Source: Octopus sinensis (taxonomy: Eukaryota). Taken from it: DNA of 64,000 nucleotides. The position numbers were made by a program, and so were the translations under genes. Of this stretch, positions 36,191-51,250 are shown piece after piece. The stretch lies in contig NC_043010.1 in the NCBI RefSeq assembly GCF_006345805.1, positions 18,972,001-19,036,000 of the forward strand, in the 5' to 3' direction. Numbering within the stretch: position 1 is the stretch's first letter; every line of letters begins with the position of its first letter. A model generated the notes under the pieces. The model did not search any database and had not been told where the DNA came from. It worked only from the letters and a program-made list of their open reading frames with translations.

Positions 36191-36319
36191 AGAGGTCAGT
36201 GCTCCAGCATGGCAAATATATGTGTGTGTGTGTGTCTCATCCAATTTCCTGCTCAGGTGACTACCCCACACCCATCATCTTTCTAACTGCATCATGTAAC
36301 ACTAAACTTGTCTCCCAAC

Positions 36320-36500
36320 TGGCCACATTCAAATCCCACTGACCACAATGGTCAGAGCATTGTTGAAAGGGAGACTAATCAACATCCCCATGACACCCGT
36401 TGTCCATTGAAATGAATAAAGACCATTTAGTGCAAACATGTCAATGATTCTGGTCCCAGATCGAAGCTGAAGTTGGATTCCTAGAATAAGAAACTTAAGC
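36320..36500 (+). pseudogene. Tc1/mariner transposase C-terminal remnant
   Basis: SIVERETNQHPHDT ... MNKDHLVQTCQ*FWSQIEAEVGFLE*, resembling the 52425-52870 remnant. Confidence 0.6.
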
Positions 36501-36743
36501 AAAAACAATGGTTTTATTAAAATACATTTGCTTTTTGCCAAATTAGAGTTGTTATAGTCTTTTCTACTCTAAGCACAAGGCCTGAAACTTTTTGGGAGGA
36601 GGGGGAGTCGATTAGATTGATCCCAGTAAGCAACTTGTACTTAATTTATCGACCCCAAGAGTTGTTATATTAAATTACCAAATAGGCCCTTAAATACTTC
36701 TCATGCCACCTGTGTGTGTGTGTATACAGACACACATACAAAC

Positions 36744-36794
<51 letters not shown>

Positions 36795-36812
36795 AACATA
36801 TGTATGTATGTG

Positions 36813-36848
<36 letters not shown>

Positions 36849-38844
36849 TACACATACACACACACACACACATTCTCAATGAAGCTAACATCACCTCAGG
36901 CAAGTTCTGGTATTTCAAAAATGTCTCATGTTGCTTTCTATTTTCAGTTGATTTTTTTCAAAAGTCACCAAAAAAAAAAAAATTACTCATCTTTTGTCAT
37001 AGCAGGAAGTGACAAAGATATAAACAAAATGCTGACACCACCCACCTGAAAACACCTCCCCACACCCACACCCTACTTACACCACCTAAATCGTTGTCAT
37101 TGTCATCATCATCATCATCATCAGCGTTAGCAACAATACAACAGATGCAAACACCACTAACAGCATTACATTAACAACAACACCAACACAACCAACACCA
37201 CCATCCCAACTCCGACACAATCCCTGCCATTACCAATATTGTTAGCACTATCACCAACACCCCTGACTACCATTTTCATACCTATTTCATTCCATCACTA
37301 CCACCATCATAACAACCACCTTTACCATTTCCGCTAACACCACCATCAACACTGTCAGTACCAACATCACCTGTAACTGGTGTTCTCTTAATTATGACAA
37401 CAAAGGTTCCAGTTAATCCCATTGATGGAACAGCCTGCTCATGAAATTAATGTGCAAGTGGCTGAGTACTCCTTAGACATGTGTACACTTGAAATAAAGT
37501 GTCTTGCTCAAGGAGACAATGCACTGCTGGGAATTGAACCTACGACTATAGGATCATGAACTGAATACGCTAACCACTAAGCCACATACCTTCACCAATA
37601 TTAACAACACAATCAACACCATTCACTAACTTTACTCCTCCCCTGCCCCCATACTACCATGCCCAACACCACTATGAAAAAAAACAATTAACCCCCCACA
37701 CACACACAAACACAGACACACACATACACACACTTACACACACAAAGTGTGTTTATATAAATGATCCAACACAAATACGATTAGAAAATAGAGGACTTGT
37801 AAAGTAATGAAGTACCTGAATATGTAGAGAATTTGTCTAAATTCTAAAATATCCTTAAAGAAGAGACAAATTCTGAGAAGAATTGGCTGGAAGAGACCAA
37901 TCACCCTCCTCCACTTACTGAACGTTTTGACTTTATAAAAAGAAACCAGGTGGAAACAAGTGATGACATGTTTCAGGGAAATCAATGACTGTGTAGATAA
38001 AGTGTTACAGTATTTGTATTATGTCAGTGTTGACTCATGGTGGAGTTGTCAGCTTATCTCTACCGGTTGTAGGTGGACATTTCTGGTCTGGCCAGTTGTA
38101 GGTTAGACACTGTCCTCCCATGCTGCTTGTGGAACTACCTCTGGCCAGTGACACCACCAAGCTGGAATTTGAATTTGAAACACAAAAGTACTGCAGCAGA
38201 TGTTACAAGACATCTTATCTGATGGTCTAATGATTGTTTTGAGGCACAATCCCATATTACTACCTTATTTATTGACTCTCCTTTCTACTGGAGGAGGGTG
38301 GGGGCAATAAACGGCAAAATTGACTTTGGTGAGATTTGAACCTATAGCACAGTCTCTATGTCGTGTCTGAAGTAAATAAAGAGGAAATATGATAAAAAGT
38401 CATAATGTATTAGCTTAATTAAAAAATATGATTTTACTCATTATGTCATTCAAAGTGATGATTATGTTTGGCACAGGAAAAGCTGCCTTTTACTCAAAAT
38501 ATCTCTCATTGAAAAAAACCCACAAAACCCCTACTTTTGAAACACAAAAATGGTCTCTGATACCTGAAAGGGAATATTCAGAAGGGGCAATCATTTTGTA
38601 CTTCCGAATATTTTGGCACTAAACTCATTGGTATTTTCAATCCATTTAGGGTACCAGTGAATGTTTAGGATAACATTTGGGGTACATAACCGAGCTATGT
38701 GTGTTCCTATCATTAACCAGAAGCTTTCACTGAAACTGTGGCAATGACAGGTTGTATTTAAGAAGAAAAGGCAGAGGAAGAGAATAAAGATTGGTCCAAA
38801 CGGACGACTGTGATTGACGTGTTGTATCACACAAGCTTACCTTA

Positions 38845-39235
38845 GGCGCAGGAGTGGCTGTGTGGTAAGTAGCTTGCTTACGAACCACATGGTTCCGGGT
38901 TTAGTCCCACTGCGTGGCACCTTGGGCAAGTGTCTTCTATTTTAGCCTTGTGAGTGGATTTGGTAGACGGAAACTGAAAAGAAGCCCGTCATATATGTGT
39001 ATGTGTGTGTATATGTTTGTGTGTGTATATTTTTCTGTGTCTGTGTTTGTAACCTCAACATCGCTTGACAACTGATGGTGGTGTGTTTATGTCCCCGTAA
39101 CTTAGCAGTTCGGCAAAAGAGACCAATAGAATAAGTACTAGGCTTACAAAGAACAAGTCCTAGGGTTGATTTGCTTGATTAAAGGCCACAGTCAAATGAC
39201 TGAAACAAGTGAAAGAGTAAAAAAAAAGAGTAAGA
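38845..39235 (+). mobile_element. Full-length family 'A' SINE
   Basis: GGCGCAGGAGTGGCTGTGTGGTAAG...GGTTCCGGGTT.AGTCCC...GGCACCTTGGGCAAGTGTCTTC...TGACTGAAACAAGT. Confidence 0.9.
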
Positions 39236-41521
39236 GTATGAATAACAGCAGCAACAATAAATACTTCACTTGTTTATCAGAAGAGCAACATTTTGTGGGT
39301 TGAGAGTGAACTTTTCAAAAAGTACTTAACACCTGATAATATTCCTTGTGTTTTCCATAACCTCTAAAATAGGTGCAACATAACAAAAGCCTAAGCAAAA
39401 CAAAAAAAAACTGAGCATGATAAGAAAAATTTATGCATGGAGTCTCTTCACCATAAAAGTTATGCATGAAGCCATCATCGAGGGGGAGTGTAGCAAATGT
39501 TGGGTTGGGGATTGTTACATCACACCACATTTTAAAGGTCATATTTTTGCAATCCAGATGTAAAATAGAGCAATGAAATATTTAATAAACAAAAGAGACA
39601 GTAAAGACCTTAAACAATGAAGAAACACTTGAAAATGTCAATTGTGTCATATCTGTGGAAGGCATTACACATGTGATCAGAAACTGATCCTAAATGTCAT
39701 CAAGATAATGCCTTCTTATATGGCATGGCATGATTGCAGAAACAATACACAATGATAACTGTAGGACGGACTAAACTCAGATAAAAATTTAAATACTTCT
39801 AGATGTCTCATTTCAACATAATAAATATTGGATGGAACATTCCCACCAAAATCACTGCCAAATCTATAATCATCTGTTATGATGTCTTTGAAGAAATTTT
39901 CTTGCCAAATGAAATTAAGCAAAGAAAAGGTTCATCTTATGTGGATTCTATGAAAGCAGAAGAGTGAAAATATTTTACACTGTAGTTGATCATGCAATGT
40001 CTTACTATAAGCTGATGCCTAAATCCTAGGGACAGAATCTTCATTTCTTTTTTAGAAACCAATTGCTACATAGGAAGTTGTTTAGAGTCAAATAACAAAT
40101 GTACACACACACACACACACATCAAGTTCTAAATTTATGATGAAAATGACCACACTGAAGCCAAAATGAAAATAAAGAGTAATTATTTGCTTAACTCTCA
40201 ATCAAAGGCTATGAAAGTGGACAAGTCTTTGATATCTTGAGCTTAAGCTCTTCTTCTGAGGGTAAGAAGGAAGAATTGTAAAGGAAAGAAGGATAGAAAA
40301 AAATGGTAGTAACCAGAACAAAAAAAAAGGGAAAAATACATGTTCTTTGTTTAGTGATATGGGAAATGGGAAATGAGAGAGTGAGAAAGAATGTGGTTTC
40401 CATTAGTGCAAGAGCAACAAGGGAGGTAACTGTGTGTTGTTAACAGCATATGAACTCTTTTGTGTGGGTGTACAGTCATGACATGTGCAGCATAGTATGC
40501 ACACGTGTATTGTTAGTGGTGTGTGTATAATTTTATAGAGATAGATTTAACTGGAAATTCAAGCTTCACATAATGGGTTAGTCAAGTAGATTTGTTAAAT
40601 AAGCTGTTAGGCTTTATTTGCAGTTTCAGTCAAAACGAATTCAATAAATTTAACTCTATCATTGGGGGTAGGCTTAGGTCTTCCTGTCAGTAAATGTTCT
40701 GGTGTTAAACTTCAACATTCCTTGATGAAAGCAACCTGAATATGGGCAAATATATTTACACAGACATGTGTGGAGAGTATGTATGTATGTATGTATGTAT
40801 GTATGTATGAGTGTGTGTGTATGTATGTATGTATGCATGCATAAACACATTTGTGTGTGTGTGTAAATTGTGATTCAAACAATGCCATCCACAACATTGA
40901 CTATACACCAATAAACTGAGACTATTGCTCTCCCTATGAAAGCTGTCAAATACACACATGCACACACACAAAACAGTACACACATAACCACACATGCACA
41001 TAGATGCATACATACCTATTACATACCCCATGATCAGAACTATACTGGGCTTTGCTGGCAAGTTATTCTCTGAGTCCACCACTCAAGTATTACATACCTA
41101 TACTCGTCTATAGATAAGTTAACATTTAATAGTTCACTTAACGTAAGTGTGCATGTGGGCGTAAGTAGGATAAAAGCATAGTTTCTTTGATACAACAAAT
41201 AAATCTGTTTAAATATAATTATTCATTCTACCATTATCTCTTTAACCTGTCTTGTGCTTACACACATACCTACATACACACACATATCTATATATTATTA
41301 TTATTATTATTATGAAAGTCTCTTGGAGAGTTCTTAATTACTGGTTGATCTTAACTTGAAAGTAGGCAATAAGAAATCAAAGGTTTCAAGTAATGCCTTC
41401 TCCTGTGACTCAAAGAGACAATACTCTCCTTAGAATGTGAACTGTACCCAACACTGCCATCTTCTGGATCACCTTGAGCCCAACAGCAGCTCCAATATTC
41501 TTAATATGTTTTTCAAAGCCC

Positions 41522-41571
<50 letters not shown>

Positions 41572-42249
41572 TTAAAAATATTATAGTCTCAAGATGCTAA
41601 TACTATTGAAAACAGTTTCATGTCCAAATCCTTCCAGAAATGGAAAGGTAAAATTAGCAATCATCAGATGTAGTTGAGTAGAAAAATATGACTTTGTTTC
41701 TTCAATTTGATATCTAGTTAATAAAAAAAAACAAAAAAACAAGGGTGCAAACCCTATGACTTACAGTGACATTTTCTCACACTTGTGTTAGGGTCAGGTA
41801 TATAACTAATTCTATCTTGGAAATAACTAGCAGCCAGAACTTAAAGTATGGGATTACATTATTAATGATCTCCTTATTTGAAGATAAGATGGACATTTTT
41901 TAAAAACTACTTTCATTAATTTTTGAAATTTGTTGTTGGATAGTAGGAAGCTATGTTAAAAATGTTGAGCTCAAATTTGGTTTCTGGAAAGGCTTGGTAC
42001 CTTTCACCAGACCCAATGTCATTTCAAGGATATCAACTATTTTCAAGCTGGTCTCTATTGTGACTTTGCATGCCAGGAATTCAAGAGCATCCGTTTACTT
42101 TTACATACATTTATATTTCTCTGTCGTCTGTAGATGTTCTTTTCAGACTCTGACAATGTCCCAACTATCTTCCACACTTACTTTCTAATCCACAATTTTA
42201 AGACCACCATAATCAATGTCAGCCAAATGAAATTAGGGCCAGTCTAATT

Positions 42250-42660
42250 GTTGAAACGCTACGAGGCATGTAGACTTGTGCTGTATGCAGAAGGTAAGAT
42301 GGAGGTGAGCCTCAGCAAGATTCATCATGGGGAGAGTCCTTAGCTAGATTCCTAATGGGCACAAAATTGGGAGATAAAGTAATTGAGGCAGAATGTGATA
42401 GGTTAGTTAAGCTAAGACTTGTCTTAGATAAATCAACAGATACTTTTATCTCTACGAATGCTCCAGTTTAGGCTGGCAGATGAACAGTAGGACTAATTTT
42501 ACAAGATACATTTACAGATTACTTTGATGATGAATGACAGTGACTTCATTATCAAAGCAGGTGACTTCAATGGAGGTTTTAGATTTGGCTCAAGAAACGA
42601 GGGAACAAAGCTGCTGGTGTTCTGTGATGCAAATGATTTGATAATCTGATTGAAAGAAAC
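42250..42660 (+). pseudogene. Decayed RTE LINE apurinic-endonuclease fragment
   Basis: HVDLCCMQ..RWR..SARFIMG, RLVKLRLVLD, IKAGDFNG, GSRNEGTKLLVFCDANDLII. Confidence 0.85.
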
Positions 42661-43394
42661 TTGCAAACTCATGATAATGCATACATTATTTTCAACATTG
42701 CTTTGTGCAACTCTAAATTTGTTTATTCCAGTTTGACTCTGCTTTACACATGTCGGCAAATATACTATTTGCAGTTTTAATATATATGACTTATCATTCT
42801 TACAAAGGGATTCGGTATTCATAGCCAACAATGTGCAACAACACAGAAACACTTGCATTGTATGATCCAGTGATGTCATGCGGAGCCCAAAGTGTTTCAC
42901 ACATCTTGTCTGAGAGGAGATATTTCTCCTCAAAATATTTCTATAGCAAAAGATCTTCTTACATCTAATAAGCACACAAATATTTAAAATATAACTGCAC
43001 ACATACACATGCACACACACATACACAGATGCGTGATACCTTGAGCAAGTGTCTCTGTTATAGCCTTGGGCTGGCCAAAACCTTGTGAATGGATTTAGTC
43101 GATGGAAACTGAAAGAAACCCATCATGAATGTATGCACGTATGTGTATATGTATGTTTGTGTCTCTTTGTCCTGACACTGGCAGATTGTTGTAAATGAAT
43201 GACACTCATTTGTAATAGTCTGTGAAAACATGTTTGGCCATAGGGAAATATATTACCTTGCTCGAAAACAGGCAAGGTTTGGCAACAGGAAGAGCATCTC
43301 AATGTAGAAAATCTGCATCATATATACATACATACATACACACACACACACATATGTAAATACATATCTTTATATATATATATATATATATATA

Positions 43395-43439
<45 letters not shown>

Positions 43440-46079
43440 GCACACTCATGCATACACACAGTTATTGCCATTTTCACATCCACTTTTCCATGCTTGTGTG
43501 AGTTGGATAAAATTTGTTAAGGCAGATTTTTTACGGCTGGATGCCCTTCCTGTCACCAAACCCCGTTTATTTTTAAGTAAATTACTATTTTCCTATGACT
43601 AGGCATGTTTTTGCAGAATATTGGAAATCAATGATGTTGCTTATTTGTGGCATTTATTTACAACCATCATGTGATTCAAAGACAAAGAGACTTTTATATC
43701 CTTCTATACATTGGATATATGGATTTCATGAAGCAGGGAGAGACACAACCCTCTTCAAAAGATGTACTTTAAATTACTCCACTAAAGACGATACTCCAAT
43801 AAATACAAACTTTCAATGACCACAACGACTCCTAAAGCTACTCTTTATAAGAGTTCAGCCAGTCCATTCTTCCAATCCCCCAGGGGTGTCAATGACTCTC
43901 ACAACAACAGAGACACAAATACACATACACTTACACATACACAGAACAGGCTTCTTTCAGTTTCCATCTACCAAATCCACTGGTTAGGCTATAATAGAAG
44001 ATATTTACCCACGTTGCCCAGCAGTGGAACTGAACTGAAAACCATGTGGTCAACAAGCCTTTGTCTTACCCCACAGCCACAGGACAACAGATTTTTGCCC
44101 CACCTCCTCTCTTGCATCCCACCACGTTCACTTACCTCCTATACTACTGTCCATCTCCCACCACCACCACATACACCTCACTGTCCTAAGCCCCCTATCA
44201 CCACCACCACCACCAGCAATACATATTGGTGTAACTATAGCAACAGGCAGCTATCACATATGCGATGAGATATCAGGTGAAGAATATATTAAACAACAAT
44301 AAACTTTGTCATTAAGGTGACAACTAACCTGCAGACAACTGGGTGCTGGTGGTGCGGGGTGGGGTGGCAGTGGAGTAGTTGCAGTGGTAGTATAGTGGTG
44401 GCAGCTAGTGGTAGTAGTAGTAGTGTAATTGTGTGAGTAGCAATGAAATGGTGGCCGAGATGGTAGTAGCGGTGGTGTGAGTGATGGTGATAGATCAGCC
44501 TTGATTCAGTAGATTTACAAGTGAAAGACGTTCAAGCTGTGACCATGTCTGCTTCTTACAAGAGTGGGATTTGGCTGCTATTTCTAACAGACTGAGTAAC
44601 TGATTTGAAGCTCCTTTTTCTATTATGTATGTATGTATGTATGTGTGTATGTATGTATATGTATGTATGTATGTATATGCATGTATAAGTGCCTGTCTTC
44701 TACAATAGCCTCGGGCTGACCAAAGCCTTGTGAGTGGATTTGGTAGACGGAAACTGAAAGAAGCTTGTCATATATATGTATATATATATATGTGTGTGTG
44801 TGTATATATGTTTGTGTGTCTGTGTTTGTTCCCCCACCATCACTTGACAACCGACACTGGTGTGTTTACGTCCCCATAACATAGAGGTTCGGCAAGAGAG
44901 ACCAATAGAATAAGTACTAGGCTTCCAAAGAATAAGTCTTGGGGTTGATTTGCTTGACTAAAAGGCGGTGCTCCAGCATGGCCGCCATCAAATGACTGAA
45001 ACAAGTAAAAGAGTAAAAAAAGAGTTAAGAGTATATTTGTATGTATGTATGTATGTGTGTGTTTGTGTATGTGTATACACACATATAAATGTATATATAT
45101 ATGTGTGTGTGTTTGTGTGTGCTTTGGCCAAACTTCTCAGGTAAAAACCTCTATTACATGCTGAAGGTAACATTATATAGTAATTAGGTAATGATGGTGT
45201 GGTGGAGGTAATGGTGGTGGTGGTGGTGGTCACAGGTAATGAAGGTATAAGTTATTAGCAGTAGTGGTTATTCTGGTGGTGGTGGTGGTAGTGAAATTAA
45301 TGGTGACAACAGGTAGTAGCAGGTAAAGGTAGGAGTGATTGTGGTGGTGGTGGTGGTGACAGGTAATGACAGTATTGGAAGAAGGGTGTTGTTCTGAGGG
45401 GTGGATGGGAAGGTGATGGCCGAGGTGGGAGGTAATAACAGGGGTAGTGGTTGATGGGTGACAGGTAATGATAGCAGTTGTTGCAATTAGTGGGCAGGAA
45501 ATTTCTTTCTCTATCAAGGGGGGAAGAGGGAGGTGGTGAGTATGGGGGGGAGATCCCCTCCCTTCTGTGAGAGTAGGTAGGTGTAGAGTAGGTAGAGGAG
45601 GAGGAGAGATAGAGAAAGAAAGGTAAATTGAGATAATTAACACCACCACCACCACCACACAAATACGTCTGTGGTGGTGGTGATGATGGTGGGGACAGTT
45701 GAGGGAGTGAATGACTTTGTCATCCCCCCCTACCTCCCACACATTCAACCCACCTCTATTAATGGACACAAAATACAGAGCATTAACACCACTACCATCC
45801 TAACACCTCAAACATCAATACTACTACTGCTACTAACAATACTGTCACCAACACTACCTACCATCAGGACCACCCCCACCAACACCATACACTGACATAT
45901 ATAGAAGCCTATCATGTGGTGATCTAATGGGGTATTTTGTATTTCTGCCCCTGTCAAGGGTTTATTAGAGACAACAGAGGAAGTGGTTAAGGTTCATTCA
46001 ATCAGATCATAGCAGTTGCTCTTCCTGTGGATTTGTGATATCCAATCCCCAGCTCCGTCATATGACTTTTAGATGCCTC

Positions 46080-46645
46080 CTGCAATTTTTTGTTTCGAGG
46101 CCCCATCCTTTCAATCAAAATCCATAATCCACACACCTTTTATTCATGGCTATATTTTACTTTAAACTATCTGAAGTTCAATATTTCACTTTATCCTAAA
46201 GAACATCTTTAAAAGTACAAGTTAAATTGATTTAGGTCTATTACAAATTTCAATAAGTAAAACTTCCAGATATGAATAAAAGAGCATTTTTATAATCCAG
46301 GCAACTTTTAAAGACAAACATGGAACACTTTTCGCTTCGCGAAATCATCAATTTGTTCAGAATAATCAAGCTGAGAGCTAAGTTTGTGTTCCATAGATAT
46401 TAAAGACAATCCACAAAGTCTGGTACATGTTTGTGGTACAATGTAGTATTTTTACCAGAACTTTTGCAGGTATTACCATTTTCTTTCTTGAAATTTTCAG
46501 TTGAAATAGTTTAATTCTTGTTCAACATCTTAACCAAAGTACATAGATGACTCATCTACGTACTTTGATCTTAACATGGGGCCCCTCAACCACGGAGGTC
46601 CCCTGCGACCGCAGGGGTTGTAGGGGCTTAGTGATGGCTCTCACA
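46080..46645 (-). mobile_element. Internally deleted hAT DNA transposon remnant
   Basis: Minus strand at about 46450-46310 reads KYYIVPQTCTRLCGLSLISMEHKLSSQLDYSEQIDDFAKRK, like the hAT C-terminal 'RL.GLALISIE...LD.D..IDDFA.RK'. GC-rich hAT-like subterminus CCCCTACAACCCCTGCGGTCGCAGGGG..GGGGCCCC. The boundaries are approximate. Confidence 0.7.
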
Positions 46646-48499
46646 GGATATGAGGCAAATGGGGCCTGTCACTTAGTCTTAAGTCAGCTATGATCCAGCA
46701 GACAAGTAAGTCTGTCTACAACAGGCACAAAGCCTGAAGTTTTGCTGAGAAAGGGTTAGGGAATTACATTGACCCCAGTGTTTCACTGGTATTTATTTTA
46801 TTGACCTTGAAAGGAAAAAAAGCAAAGTCAACCTTGTTTGAATTTGAACCCAGAATGTTTTAGCCTGGAAGAAATACCACTATGCATTTTGTTTGATGAA
46901 CTAACGATTGTGCCTGCTCACAAACCAGCAACATCTAATTAAGCTGCAACCATCCTGTCCTAAGTACTCATCTTTATCTAATGTTATTGTTTAATTATTT
47001 AACTGTGAAGTATGAGAATAGGGGATTTGGTTACTCTTTCTAGCAAACTGATTTCCTAGCCACCCTACAACTCCCCTGGCTCAGAAACAAAGAGGTTACT
47101 GTTGCTATTCTGGGATCTTTGTGAACCAGTAATAGTAATTTTCTAATTTACAGTGATTTTGTTTTGATTCCCCTTGATAAATTCCAAGAATATGTAGTGA
47201 ATCTTGCATATTAATTTACAATAAACGGACCAACCATGCATAGATGATAGAAAAAAAAAGAAGAATGAACATTCCTGTAAAAGTAAATATCCTCATGATC
47301 AAACACATCACCCATCCCAGCTTATATTTTATTTATAATTCATTGTCGTTTATAAATACACAAACAGAACCATTATATTTCGTAGGGTATTTAAAAACCA
47401 CTTAAGTATCGTAGCATAATTGTCAATGTCATAAGTGGAAATCATATTTTAATTAACTGCATATCTAAACCTTATTTTTCACATTTTCCACTTAATTATC
47501 CATAAAATTAAGTAATAAACCATCCCAACTTTACAATCAGAGAAAATATTAATAATTTATTGTTAAAATTAAACTATTACTACAGCAAAAATTTAACTCA
47601 CCACGGGCCCCAATTTCAGTCTGCTTTGGGTAAGAGTCTGCAACTCAAAACCTTGTCAGTAGGTTTGGTAGATCGAAACTAAAAGAAGCCCATCGTGTAT
47701 ATGTGTGTGTGTATTCTCCACCACTGCTTGATAATTGGTGTTGGTGTGTTTACATCCCAGTAACTTAGCAGTTTGGCAAAAAAGACTGATAGAATAAATA
47801 CCAGGTTTAGAAAGAAAAAAATTACTGGGGTCAATTAGTGTGACTGAAATTCCCCAAGGTGGTGCTCTAACATGGCCAGAGTCTAATGACTGAAACAAGT
47901 AAAAAATATATAACAAAAACAGACTTATAAGTATTTCATTGTTATTAGCAAATCCTAACACAACTGTTTTTTTTTTTTTAGATTTTTGCCTCTTAAAAGA
48001 TTCCCCTCTTACTTTCACACTTTGACTATTATGAACAACAATAGGCACCTATATATAACGATGATCAACATTGATATATTTGTGGTATTTGAAGACCTCT
48101 CTCTGCATGGAAACTGATAGATACATATTTTTAGTGCTTAGTCAATTTTAAAAAATTAATCAGTATACCACCATACTGAATCATGTTGATAGTTTGTAGT
48201 ATACAAATATATATTTAGGGCCTCCATCAGCCAGAGCTGATCATAGGTCTGCCTCTTTGCATGCACAACCAGATAAATCTTCTTGTGCAAGACTAGTTGT
48301 AGCAAGACTAGTTGCATGCAAGGCTCTTCTCTGCATGCCATTAGTGTTGGCCATCTTCCCAGTTTTTTCTTAAAAGTTAATACAGTTTGTCACTCGTATT
48401 GTTGGGATTTGAAGCTGGAATGTAGAGTGACAGAACAAATGCTACAAAGGCAAAGACAAACTAGGTGTGTTTTTGAATTCAGGACATAACTAAATACCT

Positions 48500-48905
48500 A
48501 TTTCTTTATTACCCACAAGGGGCCAAACACAGAACAGACAAACAGATTAAGTCGATGATATCGACCCCAGTGTATAACTGGTACTTGGTACTTATTTAAT
48601 CGACCCCGAAAGGATGAAAGGCAAAGTTGACCTCGGTGGAATTTGAACTCAGAACGTAACGGCAGACGAAATACCTATTTCTTTACTACCCACAAGGGGC
48701 TAAACACAGAGAGGACAAACAAGGACAGACAAAGGGATTAAGTCGATTATATTGACCCCCAGTGCGTAACTGGTACTTAATTTATAGACTCCGAAAGGAT
48801 GAAAGGCAAAGTGGACCTCGGCGGAATTTGAACTCAGAACGTAACGGCAGACGAAATATGGCTACGCATTTTGCCCGGCGTGCTAACGTTTCTGCCAGCT
48901 CGCAG
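48500..48905 (-). mobile_element. Tandem family 'B' SINE segments
   Basis: Same duplicated unit as at 29262-29655. Confidence 0.85.
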
Positions 48906-49734
48906 CCTTCACATAACTAAATACCACTAAGCATTTTTCTCCAGTGCTCAACCGATTCTGCTTAGGGTTAATAAATGACATTTTGTGATGCTCAAGCCTT
49001 GCTTTGTGGTAGTTTTTGTTACAAGAAACAAAGTGATTTGGTTTGAGACTTTGAAATGAAAACCAGTTTGCAGACTGCACCTGTCATACACATTTACTAG
49101 GTATGTGAAGAACCCTACCCAAAGACTGGTTGGGGAAATGTCATTGATTGTTTATCTACTGCATTACTACAGGAGTGGTCTGTAGGATAACAACAACAAC
49201 AAAAAGGTTTTTTTTTGGTATTTGAAAACATTGCAGAGATCAGTAACCTATCCCTAAGTCCACCTTTCATCTAAGGCTGTGCAATCATGGGGCAAAGCAA
49301 AGCTGATAATGGATGAAGCCAAAAGAATGTAAATAAATGTCAACAATAAGAAAACAACAACAACAACAACAACAACAGCAACAAAGTAACAATGAAATAA
49401 CATTCCACCCCTCCCACCCACCTCCCACTTCATTATAGATATAAATAATAAGTTGAAAGGACAATACAAAACTTTTTTAGGCTGACTCAGTTTCATGAGA
49501 GAAAGAGAGAGAGAGAATGGGGGAGGGGGACTTCTGAATCTATTGAAGTTGACTCAGGTTATTGAGGAGGAAACAGTTCACCTCTGGAGGAGTGACACAA
49601 ACAGCACTGTTTTATGGTTGGGAGTTCAAAACCCAGTTGAGTGGGTCAGGTGATGACTAAGCTTGGTGACATTAAAGTTTTTCCTAGAAACATGACCAAC
49701 ATAAAACTACCTATACACCCCCACCCACATGTGT

Positions 49735-49741
49735 ATATATA

Positions 49742-49821
<80 letters not shown>

Positions 49822-50565
49822 GCTACCTGTCTAACTACCTGTGAATTAATAATCATCATCATTTAACATTGTTTTTATTTTGTTTTGTGTCAGTCTTGGC
49901 TTTGGTATGTCTTTTGTGTCCTAATGCCAGCCACCTTACTGTGTGTTTGGGTGCCTTTTCTTTTGTCATGGCACCGGCACCAGTGGTATTGCCAAGTAAG
50001 TGAAAAGACAGAAAAGAACAGAAAGGGAAGAAGTCCCCATGACTAAGTGGAGCTGGAATTTTATACATACATACATACACACATACATACATACACACAT
50101 ACATACATACACACACACACATACATACACACACACATACATACATACATACACACATACATACATACACACACATACATACACACATACATATATACAC
50201 ACATACATACATACATACATACATACATACATACATACATGCATGCATGCATACATACATTCATGCACACATACATACATACATGCATGCATACATACAC
50301 ACATACATACATACATGCATACATGCATACATACATACATACATGCATGCATGCATACATACACACATACATACATACATACATACATACACACATACAT
50401 ACATGCATACACACATATACATACATTCATACATAATACACATACTTACATACATACATACATTCATTCATACATACATACATACATACACACACATGCA
50501 AACATACATACATACATACATACATACATACATACATGCATACATACATGTGTGTGTGTGTGTAT
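49735..50565. repeat. (TA)n then ~500-bp (CATA/CA/CATG)n compound microsatellite
   Basis: Visible directly in the sequence. Confidence 0.95.
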
Positions 50566-51250
50566 CATCATAATTTAACATCTATTTTCCATGCTAGCAT
50601 GGGTTGGACAGTTCAACAGGAGCTGGCATGGCTGGAGGGCTATATCAGGCTCCATTGTCTGCTTTGGCATGGTTCCTATGGCTGCTTGTCCTTCCTGGAT
50701 TACAAACCTTTCATAGGGTACACCAAGTGCTTTTTACATGACACCAACAGCTGTGAGGTCACCAAATGACTTGAGCTGTTTTATCAAATTACCTAATTAT
50801 GTCCTCAAATACTTCTTATAATCCCCCCACATACATTTATGTCAATATTTAGTGTGTCTGTATGTATACATATATATGTATGAATGTGTGTGTGTGTGCA
50901 TTTATATGTGTGTGAGTGCACACACAAACACACACACACACAAGCGTGTGTGTGTGTGTCCTGCCTACCAAATCTGCTTGCAAGCTTGGGGATAAAGTGG
51001 AAGGGACTTGTCCAAGGTCGCATGCAGTTGGGCTGACTCCATCACCACATGGCATGACTGGGCAGAAAACACAGCCGTGCCTGTGTCTATACATAAAGGG
51101 TTCAGGCTACATTTGACAGTTTTGCATAAAGAAAAAGAAAAGACAAAATCTCAAACAAAAGTAAATGTATTTTAAAAAGTCCAAAAATGTCAACTCGATT
51201 ATGGCTGGAAGATAACAGTCTCCTCAGAGTAGTATTAGCTCTCATATATA

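Noticed and set aside
44340-45700. G-rich (GGT)n-like tracts as G-quadruplex or coding segments
   Set aside because: Degenerate trinucleotide low-complexity DNA that is common in this genome type, with nothing specific to support a function.
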